A DNA stretch of 64,000 bases from Marsupella aquatica (Eukaryota > Plantae > Marchantiophyta), in the NCBI GenBank assembly GCA_973895155.1, contig OZ316895.1, positions 6,808,184 through 6,872,183 on the forward strand. Reading direction: 5' to 3'. Both the position numbers and the translations under genes were made by a program. Position 1 is the stretch's first letter; the number at the start of each line of letters is the position of its first letter. The notes beneath the pieces were generated by a model. That model was not told the origin of the DNA. It was given only the letters and a program-made list of their open reading frames with translations, and searched no databases. Shown piece by piece: positions 11,448 to 25,249 of the stretch.

Positions 11448-14400
11448 GAAAGGATAAAATAAAATCTTGACAAACTCATTATCCATAACTATTTGGCTTA
11501 AAAATTGGTCAGATGCCAAGATCATAAGTCAGTCTAGAGACTAGTGAGGATAAAATAATTTTTTACAACCCTGTGAAAAATTATGGCCAATTGTCATTAT
11601 TGGTAACCATAACTTGAGATGCCCAAAATAGAGTCATCTGGATGAATCGCTACTAGCCTTTTACAACCATCTTGAATCTGCATCTAGATGATGTCAATAC
11701 TGGGCTGTTCCCTTCCTCATTTGGTAAGTGAATGGACCTTGCCGCATATACGTTTGCATACTCATGTATACCTGAAGGAATCCGATGGTAATGTAGGTTA
11801 GACCTATCACACAAAACATACACCATACGAAGCCTAAATTTGGAGGTTGGGTTGGGAGCGACTTACAAAGCACAAAGCTACTCTCACCTGAGCTCCACCA
11901 GGTGAGAATGGCCTTTGATCCTACCTGGCACATGTATGCTCTCGACTGCAGGTATATAATAAATCGGATATAACAGCTGGCCGGGTGTGGGAGCTGGTTT
12001 CCATTTTGCAACATTGATTCCATCCTGGATTCCAGTTTGGACACCTCCATGCGTTGATACACTTGCAACAGTGTTTATTCCTGAACGTTTGTGAAAATAA
12101 TTTTATGTCTCATTGTTGTTTCAATGTGACTCAAGGGGCTGTGTGTCCATGGTGGCGCAACACATGGTAGTGCTTGAGATGTTGAGGAGGGAATTCTACG
12201 CCATTGCAGAAAATTAGTAAAAATGGGAGGCTGTTAAAGGGTCATAGCCTCTAGAGAAGGACTTGAGGAGAAATTTGGCAGAGATTAATGCTGTCATTAT
12301 AGACAAAAAATAATTTGAAATTGAAAGCAGTCAGGACCCCATTGAATGTTAGGACCCATTGAAGCACAAACAGTCATGGTGTCTTTACAAGACAATGGGT
12401 AGTTTGAGTGCATTTGTACCAAAGTTAATCTATTCTATTGGCCACTTCACATCTTAAAGGTTTCGGGGCAGTTTGCTTGCATTTTTACCAAAGTTAGTCT
12501 CTTGGCCATTTCACATCCAAAGGTTTTGGGGCAGTTTGCCTGCATTTTTCTACCAAAAACAATATGCTTGCCATTTCACATCCTAAAGGTAGTGTACTGG
12601 GGTTCGCAGAGTGGTTGGAATCATTTTATGGCCCCTAAGGTCTTCCAAAGCCAACTGCAACAAATGGTGCTAGAATAATTTGCTAAGAGACAAGTTGGGG
12701 AAGTTCAGGGTAAAGTGAACCAAATGAAGACCCCGATCACATCTCCAAGACAGAAAAAAGTTGAAAGCAAGTTGGGGATGTTTAGGGCAAAGTGACAAAC
12801 AGTTGTATCTCCCCACAGATTGACCCTGATCACATCTTGGAGATCAGAAAAAGTTGAAAGTGTGTTGTAAATTAAAATCACCCTCACAAAGATCATGAAG
12901 TTGTGGGGACATTCTTATCAGGAACCGTTACCCTGCATTGGGACTCTGCAAATGTGCAGCCAATTGGAAGAAAATGTCCAATTTTGGGGGTAAATACAGT
13001 CAATTGTTTGTATGATGCTAAATTTTCACGCACATCTTTGTATTTTAATGTACCAGGTCTGCGCTGCTTGCTATGAGGGCATTCGGTCACACTAGATTTT
13101 GGGGTCCCACCACTTTACTTCACTTATTGGAGTTGAATCAGCAATGTTTGAATGACAAACCATATTATTCTCGTTTGTCCTACCCTGGCGTAACTTTTAA
13201 GATTTTGAGGTCCCATCACTTTGCTTCACTTCCTCGAGTCAGCAAAGGTTGGAATCAAAGAAGCAGTGTATTTGTCCAAAGGTGTACGTACAAATATATC
13301 AGTTGGCGGTTTGTGCAAAGGTGCTAGGACGATTAATTTGAGAACAAAAATACGAGGTACAATTTTGTACAAAGGTACGAGCACTATTTGTGTTAACTTA
13401 GCCTGACTAGGACGATTCGAACTAGATAGATAGATAAGAAGATTCAGTGACACATGCTAACGCGATTCCTATCACACTGTAAGAGTGTATCAGCAAGTAT
13501 CACAAAATGGGAGCCTTGGAAAATGAGGTACAACCAGTTGATATATTGTTTAGGCGATATTGTGTTCCTGCAACAAGATATAGGGAATCTAGGTCGAGTG
13601 GATCTACCCAGATTCAAACTTACAAGGGCTTATTGTCATTTGTGGAGATGTCCTTCGATGAACTTGTGAACTTGGATTGTGATCAGGCCGCTTGAAACAT
13701 ACCTGCTTGAAGCAGATACACCGTGACTTAGTAGTGGGTACCATTTCGTTCATAGAAGGTGAAATGCAATTGCTTCAATAATCTAGATGAGAAATGCTTA
13801 GAGGTCTCATGGGACAAAACATTTGAGACAACAAATACTTGAACGTGGTTGAAATGGAGCTAGAAACTAGCCTAAAGGCAGTAGGAGCCGAGGTCAGAGA
13901 TTGCTAAATATTGTTTTTCTATAAGATTGCTGAGGCAGCACAGAAAAGAATTTAAGCATGTTCTTCAGAATTTAAAATGAGAATTTAATTAAGCAATTAG
14001 TAGAGTTATAAGAGTGTTTACTTAACTAGTTGATCAAGCTACCTAGTCAGAATAGTCCTCCTGACAAATGTGGCCATGCCATGCTGTTAGTATTGGCAAA
14101 CTTTGTGAACTGGCTCAATTGGTTCCTTTCTAATATCCTCTGTGTTGTGATAATTTTAGTCCATCAAATATTTTCTCCTCCTTGTGTCAACAATGTGATT
14201 GACAAGGTTTGGTCTCATTCTATCAAGGCCTCACCACCTTGGCCATGGCCTTTATGTGAGAGAGTAAAGCTTAATAACATACGTAATCCAATAATCAAGT
14301 TTGAGTTCCTTGTAGGAGTGACATATCCCTGTTTCTTTATTTTTGATTGTTCACATTTAAACAAGAGGCGCTAGGGAGGGTCTGTTCCTCGAATTAAAAA

Positions 14401-14499
14401 AGGAACAGTTGATGGGCCATACTGTGAACAAGGGGTCAGAAAACCAATGAAATTTGAATTGAACAACTGAAGGCAAATCTTAATATTAGGAGGTGAGCT

Positions 14500-15420
14500 A
14501 CACTAAATATCAACCTGAGAGTACATACCTAGTTCTCCATGGTCATCTCACACCGGTTTCCCTCGAGATGGTGCAATCTATTCTAGTCCTCGGGGATGGA
14601 GTCTTATTTTATTATTCTTCTTCTTGGATTGCAATCCCCTTCCCTGGCAAAGGCCAATGCGGATGGTCTTTGTTACAGTGCTGGGACTACCGTAGTTTGG
14701 CTCTCCCTTTCCAATAAAGTTTATATCCTTGGTAGAGGCTGGTCTGGGGGAGTGGGGGTCCTCTAATGACAAGTTATGGCACATGCGCCTGCGCTCTGGA
14801 TTGCTCGTTCTGCCCAAGGTTCTGCAGGCTCTGATTTGCTCCGGGCATTTATCCGATGGTGATGTGCTACGCAGTGGTAATAAGGCGTTATGTTCGTCTG
14901 TTTCTGCCTCGGGCCTGAGTCCATTGGGGCCTAGAGGTATGCATGTTCCGAAGATTGACCAGGAGAAGGGATGGGTGGCTCCAGGTGGGCAAGTTGGCTT
15001 TTTCCATGGGGTTCGCGGTTTTCAGCAGCTGTTGGGCTGAAGGTGGTCAGAAGCTTGGTGCGATGGCAGCCCAGGGCAAATGGCGTTCGGCGAGGGACCA
15101 GCCGGAGCCCATTCTGGTTTTTTTGGCTTTGTTGGCTGTTTTTGGTTGTTCCCCTTGGATTTCGGCTTCTTGGTTTGGATGGGTGGAGGTTCTCCTCTTT
15201 CTGGGGTCCTCCTCTCGTTTCTGTATCCCCTCCTCCCATTAAGTTGGGAGGGTGTACCCCCTTCGTCCATTCAGCGGTCAGGTCTCCTTCTTTTCTCTGG
15301 GTGTGCTCCTTCTTCGTGCCACCCTGATTTGTTTGGTTTTCTCCTGCTTCCTCCTCTCAGACAGGTTTATCTGATTTTCCCGTGTAATAAATGTTCTTGG
15401 AGTTTGGCCTTTTAAAAAAC
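14500..15420 (+). mobile_element. Probable 3' end of a decayed non-LTR retrotransposon
   Basis: A GC-richer degenerate segment is followed by a T/G-rich tract, then AATAAA (15386) and a short A run (~15414-15419). No intact domain is recognisable. Confidence 0.4.
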
Positions 15421-16243
15421 ACAGAAAAAAACTATTGAACTGAGAGACCCCAACAAACTTAAGAAGGGCAGAACAAAGAGCCACTGGAGTTTGATGAGGG
15501 CCCTTAAAAGGATGGGCTTGGAAGGAAATATAATTAATTGGGTTTTGCATGAAATTGATAGTCCCTAGTGTCCTATTCTACATTATTATGAAGAGGATCC
15601 CCTCTGGCAGCCATCTTACTAATAAATTGCAATGACAAACTAGAGTTGGGTTCGAGGCTTCTAAACTTAAGCCTTTTAGAATGTGACTCTAGAACGTCAC
15701 CAAATTTTTTGTGGATGGAAAGAACAAGGAGCCGTTATGTATGCCAATGATGATCTTGACTAGTGATACTTTGTGGTTGTTGTTACTCATTTGTTGTGCC
15801 CATTTTGTGCAAGATTTTTTCTTAAGAACATCTTGCTCGACATCACATTTTTTTTCCTTCACTATATCTTGGGTGACACGATATCTTTTTTCTTAAAGAA
15901 CAACATTTTGGGTGACACAACATTTATTTTTCTTAATGACATGACATCTTTTTTCTTAATAACATCTTGAATGGGAGACATGACATCTGCTGTTCTCAAC
16001 GACTTCTTGGCCCACACGACATCTTTTGTTATCACTGGCAACACCCAGTTGGGTTGGAGAAGCTCTAAGGGGCTGAGATGGGAATAAGGAATTCTTTTGC
16101 CACATTTTCTTTGCCGAGGGGTAATCAGGCTAGTACTTCCCGAATTTCCCAACACATTTTTGACGGACCATATCGAGAATTAGCCCCAGAGTTGCGTCGA
16201 CGAAGAGCATCACTGTCTTTTTACGTACCCAGAGCCGAGGGAG

Positions 16244-16786
16244 ATGGCGATGGTCGGTGTGGGATGTCGAGCACCATCGGCAGCGCTTGTCCGTCCAGCT
16301 ACTCTTACGAGGCTGGGGCAGCTTGCAGCGCAGCAGGGGAGCTGGACTAGAAACTATTCTTCGTCTGTTGCAACACACTCGTGGAGGGCAGGCTCTAGGG
16401 CTAGGTTGTTGGGGGATATCTTCCGGTTCGGAGAACAATGGAGCGGAGGAGGAATGGAGCTCAGGAACTCACCCCACAGACTTTCCGTGAGAGCGATCAA
16501 TGTTTCTGGGCCTGGGAGTGTGGATTCGCCCCTCATGCAGTCTATGCAGGCCAAGATAAAGGAGGATTTGAACGCTGAGAGTGTGAGTGTGAAGGATGCC
16601 TATGGTGATGGGCGACATGTGAGTATTGATGTTGTTGCGTCCGTTTTTGAGGGCAAGTCAGCAGTGAATCGTCAGCGAATGGTGTACAAGGCAATCTGGG
16701 ACGAATTGCAAGAGACGGTGCATGCTGTGGATCAACTGAAGACTCGCACTCCGACTGAGGCTGCGAATTCACCGGATCAGCTCTGA
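16244..16786 (+). CDS. BOLA4: BolA4-like protein (organellar BolA family), intronless
   Basis: 180-aa ORF. Ser/Arg/Ala-rich transit-peptide-like N-terminus, then a BolA domain: [26 protein letters not shown]...[30 protein letters not shown]. Confidence 0.93.
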   Translation: MAMVGVGCRAPSAALVRPATLTRLGQLAAQQGSWTRNYSSSVATHSWRAGSRARLLGDIFRFGEQWSGGGMELRNSPHRLSVRAINVSGPGSVDSPLMQSMQAKIKEDLNAESVSVKDAYGDGRHVSIDVVASVFEGKSAVNRQRMVYKAIWDELQETVHAVDQLKTRTPTEAANSPDQL

Positions 16787-18191
16787 GCAGTTGGCACTTC
16801 AATTTTGCTAAGGAGAGCGAATTTGTAGGATGGGTTCTCGTTTTGGTGGGCATTATATATGTCTTCTGGCACAGGAATAGGTGTACTATAAATCGATTGA
16901 TGCTTGCTCTAATCTTGGGCAACTGCATAATTTGGTCAAATGAGTGTGTTCAATTCATTTGTTGGAAAGAATGGGAGGATTCAGTTCGGCGAGCTTTGGT
17001 CGGATAATGCAAGCAAACGTAGAGCAAGTCATTTTGTTGGCAGGCGGTTTTGTAAAGCAAGATTTGAGTGATCATAGGTTTTAGGTCAATGATCGAATGG
17101 CGCTCCTTAAGTGACCACGAGGACACGGCGAGACACTCTTTGTATCTTTTGCTTTAATGTCATTAATAAGGGCTCCAGAGTGTGTATTGCATTGATTTAA
17201 AGGCAGGTCAGTCTCATGTGATCTTGGAAGGGTTTTACATCTATCGCAGAAGTCCCAATCAAACGAAGGGTCCCTTCCGTGGCAAGACTGGCTACCCAAG
17301 ACTTTCAGTACGAAGAGTGATGCCTATGTACAATTTCCGCCATTCCCGTCCTGCTGTCGATCCCAGTCTGGAGATGTTTCATCCCGATCGATCCTATGCC
17401 ACGCTGAAGCCATATCAACTATTTCTTTCCCTGGTCGACCTCATTATTCCAAGTGATGGGATCTGCATACCCAATTTTGATCATCTTAATTCATCATCTC
17501 ACTGCTGACATCATACATCTCTGAGACTGCAGGGCCCGTTGATGTTCTAAATACCATTGTGAAGCTCGCAATTGATCTGGATGAAATTAAAGGACGATTG
17601 GAATCAAGACACTGCCTCTTTTCAATGAGCAAAAATTCTCAGCTCTTTTGCTCTGACAAAGATAAAGAGGAACATAGCAGGTACTGGAAGTTTACATTTT
17701 GCTAGATTAGATGTGGGGAAATTTCCTGACACAAATTCAATCAATTATTTTAGTCAGCACTAGAGGAGACAAACGAAAGGCGTCTGTTTCTCTCTGAGAA
17801 TAGAACTTCGAATGGACTGAATTTGTGGCCAAACATCCCTCTGGAAAATATTGGAATTGTTTACCTTTACAACAAAGCGAGAGCTCTAAACCTTTCCGGG
17901 AATACATTTGCAATTATCCATTCGGGGAGTTGTTACCTTGAAAACAAAGCCAGAGCTCAAGACTTATCCAGGAATTCATTACAATTATCCATTCGGGTTT
18001 TTGACAACAAGAACAGCAATGTGTCCGGGTTGTATAAAGCCAAAGACTTCACAAAAGTACACTAAAGGCTTCCTGTCGTCAACGGAGATATTGTTAAGAC
18101 TGAAAGTAGTTTTCGTTCTTCTCTATAAGTATTGTTACACGTGGAATGGACCCAAACGGGTACCTACAAATAGTAATGTTCAAGCAGCGCT

Positions 18192-21100
18192 CTAAAATGG
18201 GCCAATGATGGTCTCTTCTTCCCAAAATTGCCAGAAGGCAATATTGAGGTCGTTTAGAGAAGCAAATGGCAGAAGGCCTGTCATGACGGGAAGAGCAAAA
18301 GCTAAGAGCGTGTGGAAGGAAAATCTAGCACAAATGGAACACAACTTCATCCAAGAGGATGCCCCTGATTGATAGAATTTTGACGATGGACCATAAAGGT
18401 ACTTGTAAAGCCATGGTGTGCACGTGGTCGCAAAGGCATGCAGGAAACAGAGTGTCTCCCAGAAAAGAAGCCAAAGATATCCATCACCACCCAAACTATC
18501 AATGGAGAACTTTCCAGCAAATCCACAGAGACCGCCTAGAACCACAATAATAATGGTGGCAGGCATAGTCTGGCTAGAGCTCGTTACACTTCGACGAAGG
18601 AGTGAGGAAGTAATAAGTGCAATGAGGACGAGACCTCCCAGCATCCGTCCTGCTTTTGTAACCTCACAAGTCAATGCCTGCATTTGCCATGTGATCGCAT
18701 CTAAAGTATTGGCCATCCAATTCGTTCCTAGCCACCCTCCGTGGCGTGCTTCTCTGGGTGGAAGTTGGCACATGGTCACAACTCTTGACAGGCGTGTATA
18801 TGAAAACTTCCAAGCACTGTATGCGAGTGCTAAAAGCATCACACACAAGCCAGCCACCAATTCATCTGCACAAGTTTGACTCAGGTCACGATGTGCTGCA
18901 GTTAGCTTGCCATCTTCCAATTCAAATTCTTTTAATTCTATTTTGGAGCGGCTCAGATCTACATTTTCTCTCATGAGTTCATTTGACTCAGATTGAAGTT
19001 GAATGTGATCCTTCTTAACCAGAAGGAGATTCATACTGTGGGAAAGCTCCAATTGCCTCAGATGATTTTGTGTCTCCTGTGCTTCTGCATACCTCTCCTG
19101 TGCTTCCACATACCTCTCGAGAAGCGTCTGTCTGGTATTTGCCCTCACTCCATAATTGAAAAAGGGAGGTAGTACGCTTTCTTCCAATGAAGGTCCAGTG
19201 AGCTGAGAATCATCTCCCCAGGCTAGTCTTCTGTGAGCCAAGGTGTTATCATAATTTGCCGCCTCTGATTGGTAAGGTCTTCCCAATAAGCCTGCTCCTC
19301 CTCTTGAAGTGCGTCCTAGATTCGTACTAAGTTCTCCAGCCGCAGGCCAGCCCTCACCAATTTCTGAACTTGCACCAAATGTCCTACCATGGGAACCTTG
19401 TGCCTTAATATGACGGTCGATTGAATGACCTACAGAACTATGAACAGGCACTGTACCTGAAGAGTTTCTCGAAATCATAGGCAAGGTTCCTGGATTCAGA
19501 GAATTTTGATTTTGAGAGCCCCGACTATCAGATGATCCGACAGACTTAATCTCACCAACGACACACCTGCCAAGACCATCAGAGGATCCCACGGACTTTG
19601 TATGCTGCGTCGAGTCTCCACTCAAAGATCTGCCCGGAGTATCAGGGGATACCACTGGTTTTGTGTCTTGCATTGAGTCCACAACACATCTCTTCGGAGG
19701 CGGATTGGTCTCATTAACAGCAACCCGCCGAGAATCTTTATGATCCTTCGTGGGAGTCCGTGAATCCTTTCGACCATGGGCTGAAGCACCAACTTCTTTG
19801 TCACCAATCACAAACTCATCACTCACAATAGAGCTTGTAGCCGAGAACATGTTAACGCCCCAGGAGTCCTCCGAATCAGAAAGTTCGCTATGTACATCCC
19901 TGGCGTCTGGAGTAGGCACTGGTAGCAGAGATCCCATGTTATCACTGGCAGAATTCATTCTGCCGTTCTTTGTAGAACCATCTTGTCCGCCTCGATCAGG
20001 ATTGCTGACAGTGAAGAAGGATGATTCCAGGCTTTCATTCAAACAGCTCTTGCCGCAACTTCCAGCAGTATAACTGTATCCTTCTGGGTCACGACTGCTA
20101 TTCGTGAAGAAAGAAGACTGCAAACTTTCATCCAGACAGCTGTTACCGCTGCTAAATGGAGAATGAAGTCGTTGGTCGTGCTGTGCGTATCTCTTGGGGG
20201 TGCAGGAGGTAGCCTCCTCTTCCAACACTGATTCCACAGTATAGTGCAGGTGTCTGGTCTGTGCAATGTCCTTGGCCACTCCTCGGACTCCTGGCTGCTT
20301 TGTACTGTCTAAGCTAAACGTCTTATCCAAAATTTTCCTGTTCCTTTCTCGGTGTAATTGACTAGGAGAGAAGCGCCTTGGTTTCGATGGTGATGCCCGC
20401 CAAGAATTAGGATTTCGCTGCCTCGAAGAAGTCAGTTTGTCGCCTGATTTTGCAGAAGCACGACTCACACTTCTCATGGTCTGGTACGTACTTCTGAAGG
20501 AATTCCTGAAGTTCTCCACAAAATTGGCCCGCTCATTTCCAAGGGCAAGGAGCAATGACTCCTTCAAAGCCGCTCCAAGAAGCCCTGACAGTTCATCTAC
20601 AGGAGATGCACTAGTTCGAAAGTCTCCATTTCGTTCAAAAACCTCGTGGAAAACAGTGGCGACAGCCATACCCATTGACTCAGCAAGCTTCACTGGCAGC
20701 TCAACATTTCCCGGAAGCTTTTGACGTCCATTTATCTGGTCCACAGGGGCTGAATTAGATCTGCTGGATATGTGCAAACTATTGCTAATATCTACATTAG
20801 CCCCTCCTTCACCTGACTTTCCCAGAGAATTGTTCAGAATCCCATCCGAGGTCTGCAGCGGCTCCTCTACATGAAAAAGTCCACTGTCATGCAAACAACA
20901 GAAATCATCATGAATTCCGGCTCAGCTTGAGCGGATGGGTGATCAGCAAATATATAGCTGCAATGGCTGCGAGGGGGTGTTGGCGTGCTTTACCCTCCTC
21001 CCGCTGACGATGGAGAGCCCCCGCCTCGTCCTGAGTTTGGAAACACCTGCAAAGGTGGTGTTCGCTCCTCTGTCTGTGAGCTGTGGACTCTCGTCATACC

Positions 21101-21394
21101 TCCATTGATGCCCAGCACGAATTCCTCCTTCTGTTTCACTTGGGAACCCGAGCTGGCGGAACTAGTCCGTTCGCTCATGGCCTCTTCCCTGACTTGACTG
21201 TCCGAGTAAAGGACGTCAATCGTAGGATTACTTCGACAGGTACTATGATCACTGTGACCAATTTGGACTGAAGTAGCTTCGTCACCATCACAACTTCGAT
21301 CTGAATGTGTCTGATCCTCTGTTACTTTCCCCCCAACATTGGCGGCAGAGCCGTTGCTCTCGCACTCGCTGTCCCCGCTCCCACGAGAATTCAT
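18192..21394 (-). CDS. CPR5: CPR5-like membrane nucleoporin (~1030 aa)
   Basis: Exons 21394-20994 and 20883-18192 are joined by a 110-bp phase-2 GT-AG intron (20993-20884). Recognisable elements: MGMAVA...V motif, coiled coil (QNHLRQLELS...SRSKIELKE), ELVAGL...AYSAWKFSYTRL, and the C-terminal TM block (GRMLGG, SQTMPATIIIVVLGGLCGFAGKFSIDSLGGDGYLWLLFWETLC). Confidence 0.88.
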
Positions 21395-23167
21395 ATTGGA
21401 ACTCGAGATACAGCTTAAGGACTACTCGATTCCATCCAGCTTTTGTCCGGCCTCAAGAACATTATCCGAAGGCTTCTGATTTCTGATCAATCGGTAAAAC
21501 AATCCGATCTTGCGGCGCTTTGCCCACATTTGATTCACTGGTGGTGTATCGACGTGCCCATGCTGTCAATTCAGCAGATGTCGAGATTTCAACCAAATTC
21601 AAGATAGGATGGCGTCTAGCGCTATCGATTCAAGACCCAACAAAGCAGGCAAAGAAGTGGCAGCAATTCCAAGATCAAGAGAAGACGATTCCATCCAAAT
21701 TGCTCCAATTGTGCAGCAAATCTTCCTCACAACACTACACCGAACCCTAAAACCCAAAACAGAAATGATCGAGCCCAGTAATGTCGATTTTATTCACTTT
21801 AAAGGCCAGAGAAATTCAGTCTTTTTGGTCACAACCAAGCATGTAAAGACTTCCAAGATGCTATGATTATTCAGATAGCTCGCTCTCCTCTGTCTCTCAC
21901 ACAAACCTTACACACAAGACACACAATTACCACACAATCAGATGACTTCGCAGTCCAGAAGAGAGAGCTCTTGCAGTCAACCTACACCTGAACAGTGAAC
22001 AGGAAGTATCTTTAATAGGAACGGAAAAATGTGTTCTGTTTTCACATAATCTGCCAAGCAGTTTCGCCTCCACAGCGAGTATTTTTTCGGCGCTTACAAA
22101 CCGCAGGAGTGCCAAGATAGCGGGTCTTATAAACGTCACTAGCGCCGAGATACAGTCTCTACGACTGTGCCAATGTAGCGGGACTCTACTATAGCGATGG
22201 CTTAGGGGCACACGACATAGGTCGGATCCGAGGTGCCGCCAGACATGGTTCGTGTTCTTCGCCGGTAAGTCGGGCTCCACCCCGCGCATGAAACGTCATG
22301 CCATCAACGGTGGTACGATGTCCAGCACTGACGTCTGGATGGGAGTGGACGGTAGGGGAGCTTCCGCGTGGCAGTGGATCCGTTGTGTCATATAGAAGCA
22401 AGCAAGCAAGAAATATGGTTCTGGGCTTTCAGCATGCAATCTTGCCGCTGCCACCTATTCTTTCTCTCCTTGCTTTTGGGCTCTTTGGTACTCCAGGGTT
22501 TGTCCTTTGTGCCTTCCCCTCTACCAGGAAATCTCAAGCCTTCTGTTTTGCGGAGGTTTATGGTGACCAGAATGCTGTAGGTTGGGTCGCGGATTAAGAA
22601 TGTGAGGTTCTCAAAAAGGATTAGTGCCACTAACTCTGGCGGTCATTGCACCAGCATCCGCCCAAAATTGGTCTGCACAAATGGGTCACTAATGTATGGG
22701 TTTCACGAATCATCCAAATTTAGATAAAATTCAAAAATTCATTGATGTTGAGTTAACTAATTTTGTTAACTTAACAAAATTCATTAACCCAAACAGGGCG
22801 GGTGTTACAACCCATCTCACCCAAAACCCCTTGTGTTAAGTTTGCCTTAAAATTGGATTTTGCTCAGTTTATGGACTGAATTTCCCAAAGTAGCGACTAA
22901 CAGGGAACAACAGGTTTGAGCCCTACTGTGGGTCTTTGGATCCTTGGGCTTGTCTCCTGGTTTGACATTTTTTGTTCTTTGGCAATGTGATATGGACTTA
23001 TCACTTTTCTATTGTTTTCTACACATGATTTTATCAATGAAACAATCTATTCTCTTCCTTTACCTTGAGGACATGTTCTATCAGCTGGTTTTGGAGGTTT
23101 GGGGGACTTTACACTCTCTTTGCTTGTTCCTTTTGAACATGCATGGTCATTTGTGTAGAGCGGCATG

Positions 23168-23685
23168 GTTGTCTTTAGACAGCAGGTGTTTGGGGGTATT
23201 TGGAGCATTACAGCAAGCTCAAATATTCACTATTCTTCCTAGGGTAGCAAGCTCACACATTCACTATTCTGTTGTCTTTAGACAACAGGTGTTTGGGGGC
23301 ATTTGGAGCATTACAGCAGGCCCAAGCATTCACTATTCTTCCTAGGGTAGCAAGCTCACACATTCACTATTCTGTTGTCTTTAGACAACAGGTGTTTGGG
23401 GGCATTTGGAGCATTACAGCAGGCCCAAGCATTCACTATTCTTCCTAGGTAGCAAGCTCAGGCATTCACTATTAGGTTGTCTTTAGACAACAGGTGTTTG
23501 GGGGCATTTGGAGCATTACAGCAGGCTCAAACATTCACTATTCTTCCTAGGTAGCAAGCTCAGGCATTCACTATTAGGTTGTCTTTAGAGAACAGGTGTT
23601 TGGGGGCATTTGGAGCATTACAACAGGCTCAAGCATTCACTATTCTTCCTAGGTAGCAAGCTCAGGCATTCACAATTCTTCCTAG
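23168..23685. repeat. Tandem array of five 102-103-bp units
   Basis: Units begin GTTGTCTTTAGA at 23168, 23271, 23374, 23476 and 23578. Each unit carries an internal CATTCACTATT sub-repeat. Confidence 0.95.
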
Positions 23686-25249
23686 GCTGCCCAGCCACCT
23701 TCACTCGGGAAAGAAAGATGAATAAATGTTACACTTGAGATCATTAGTGAATGAGAAGTAATACAGTTAGCAAAGTACTCCTTTCACTAAATATTGATTA
23801 TTTTGGCATAACACTTTGTATTGAAAGTTAAGTTTGCGCCACATAGGAGTTTGTCTGAATTTAAGCCACCCTAAATTTATGTTCCCTGTTTGCCATCATA
23901 TGCACGCATGTCAAATCCTGTTTGTGGAAGATAGAAAATGGTCCGCACCTCACTGTTTATGGGCATTTTGGTATCCCTTACATCACCACTAGGCAATGCC
24001 CGTGCTGCTGCAGTATAGCCATGGAGAGTAAATTTCACCTTTTGTCCAGAACCCCTATGTTGTGTAGCAGCCACGAACTTGCCACGCTCCCTTCACCTTC
24101 CTCTCCTCTGCAAGAGGGTTCTGTTTGAGATGCTCCCTTTTGCTGTTATGCAAGCAACTAGATCTTGTTGTATAAACTGAGCATCATACCTTGGCCTGTC
24201 ATTGCCGCCATTGCTAATGACACTGGCCGGATAGCTGGAAACTTCAGAGCTGAGGAAGGCAAGGCTGAAGGCAACACTGTTTGTTGCATTTGATATTTGC
24301 AATCATGTAAGCTCTAAGAGAACATGTTATTGAGACTTGCCATTGTAACTGGTGTACATCTATCCCTGTTGAATTCCAATGGTGCATTGAAATGTTGATT
24401 GTTAAATATAAGTAATCCAAGGGACTACACTAGTTTAGATGTTGGACTAGCAGGCACTATTTTTAGAACAACAGCTGACCAGATAACATGGAATATAGCT
24501 GGGAATATAGCCCTTGATAAATGTAAAGCTCTTCTTGATCAACTTACAAAAGAGGGGCACACATCTGGTGCGACTAGAAGGATTTAGGGCGACGCATCCA
24601 TGCTTTGTCATTAAAATGCACCTCGAATCTCCCTCACACCTCATCGGAAGACTCTCCCCATTTTTGGGTCCCGATTCAGTTTCAAGTCAGGGCCTTTTTT
24701 GGACCTCACTGCCCCTGCGTGCCCAGCCCATGTATGGGCAGCTCTTAAAACTTTCCCTAAGCACTGACAAGATTTAATGACAGTCAAACCCTAACTCAAT
24801 TTGAGGGAAACTTGTTTCTCTCCCGCATGAGGCATGTGGAAAGATACTCTGCACACACATTCCACACTGTGGCCTTGGGGGTCTCACCATATGGATGCCT
24901 CCCCATCATCTGCGACGGTATTAGGCCTCAAACCCCCTAAAATGTAAGAGAAAATAATAATTTTCAACCCATTAATATAAGGTTAGAATATTCCAAAATT
25001 TGGTTATAAGGACCCTAATGTTCTTAGAAGTCTCAAAATTGTATTTAAAAGACCCTATTGTTCTTCTCATCAAATTCTTAAGTCTTCCCTTCGGGCTTCC
25101 CTTTGAACCAATAAAATGACCCTATACTTTATTGCACATGATGTGTCATTTTTGTGGAAGTGAAACCCCCAAGATTGCGGCTAGAATGCCAGAATGAAAC
25201 ACTATGCACATGCATTTAGATTAAAAATGGCAAGGCAAATCAAACCTTG

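Noticed and set aside
20990-21394. 134-aa ORF as a separate gene from the 900-aa ORF
   Set aside because: A 110-bp phase-compatible GT-AG intron joins the two into one CPR5 CDS.
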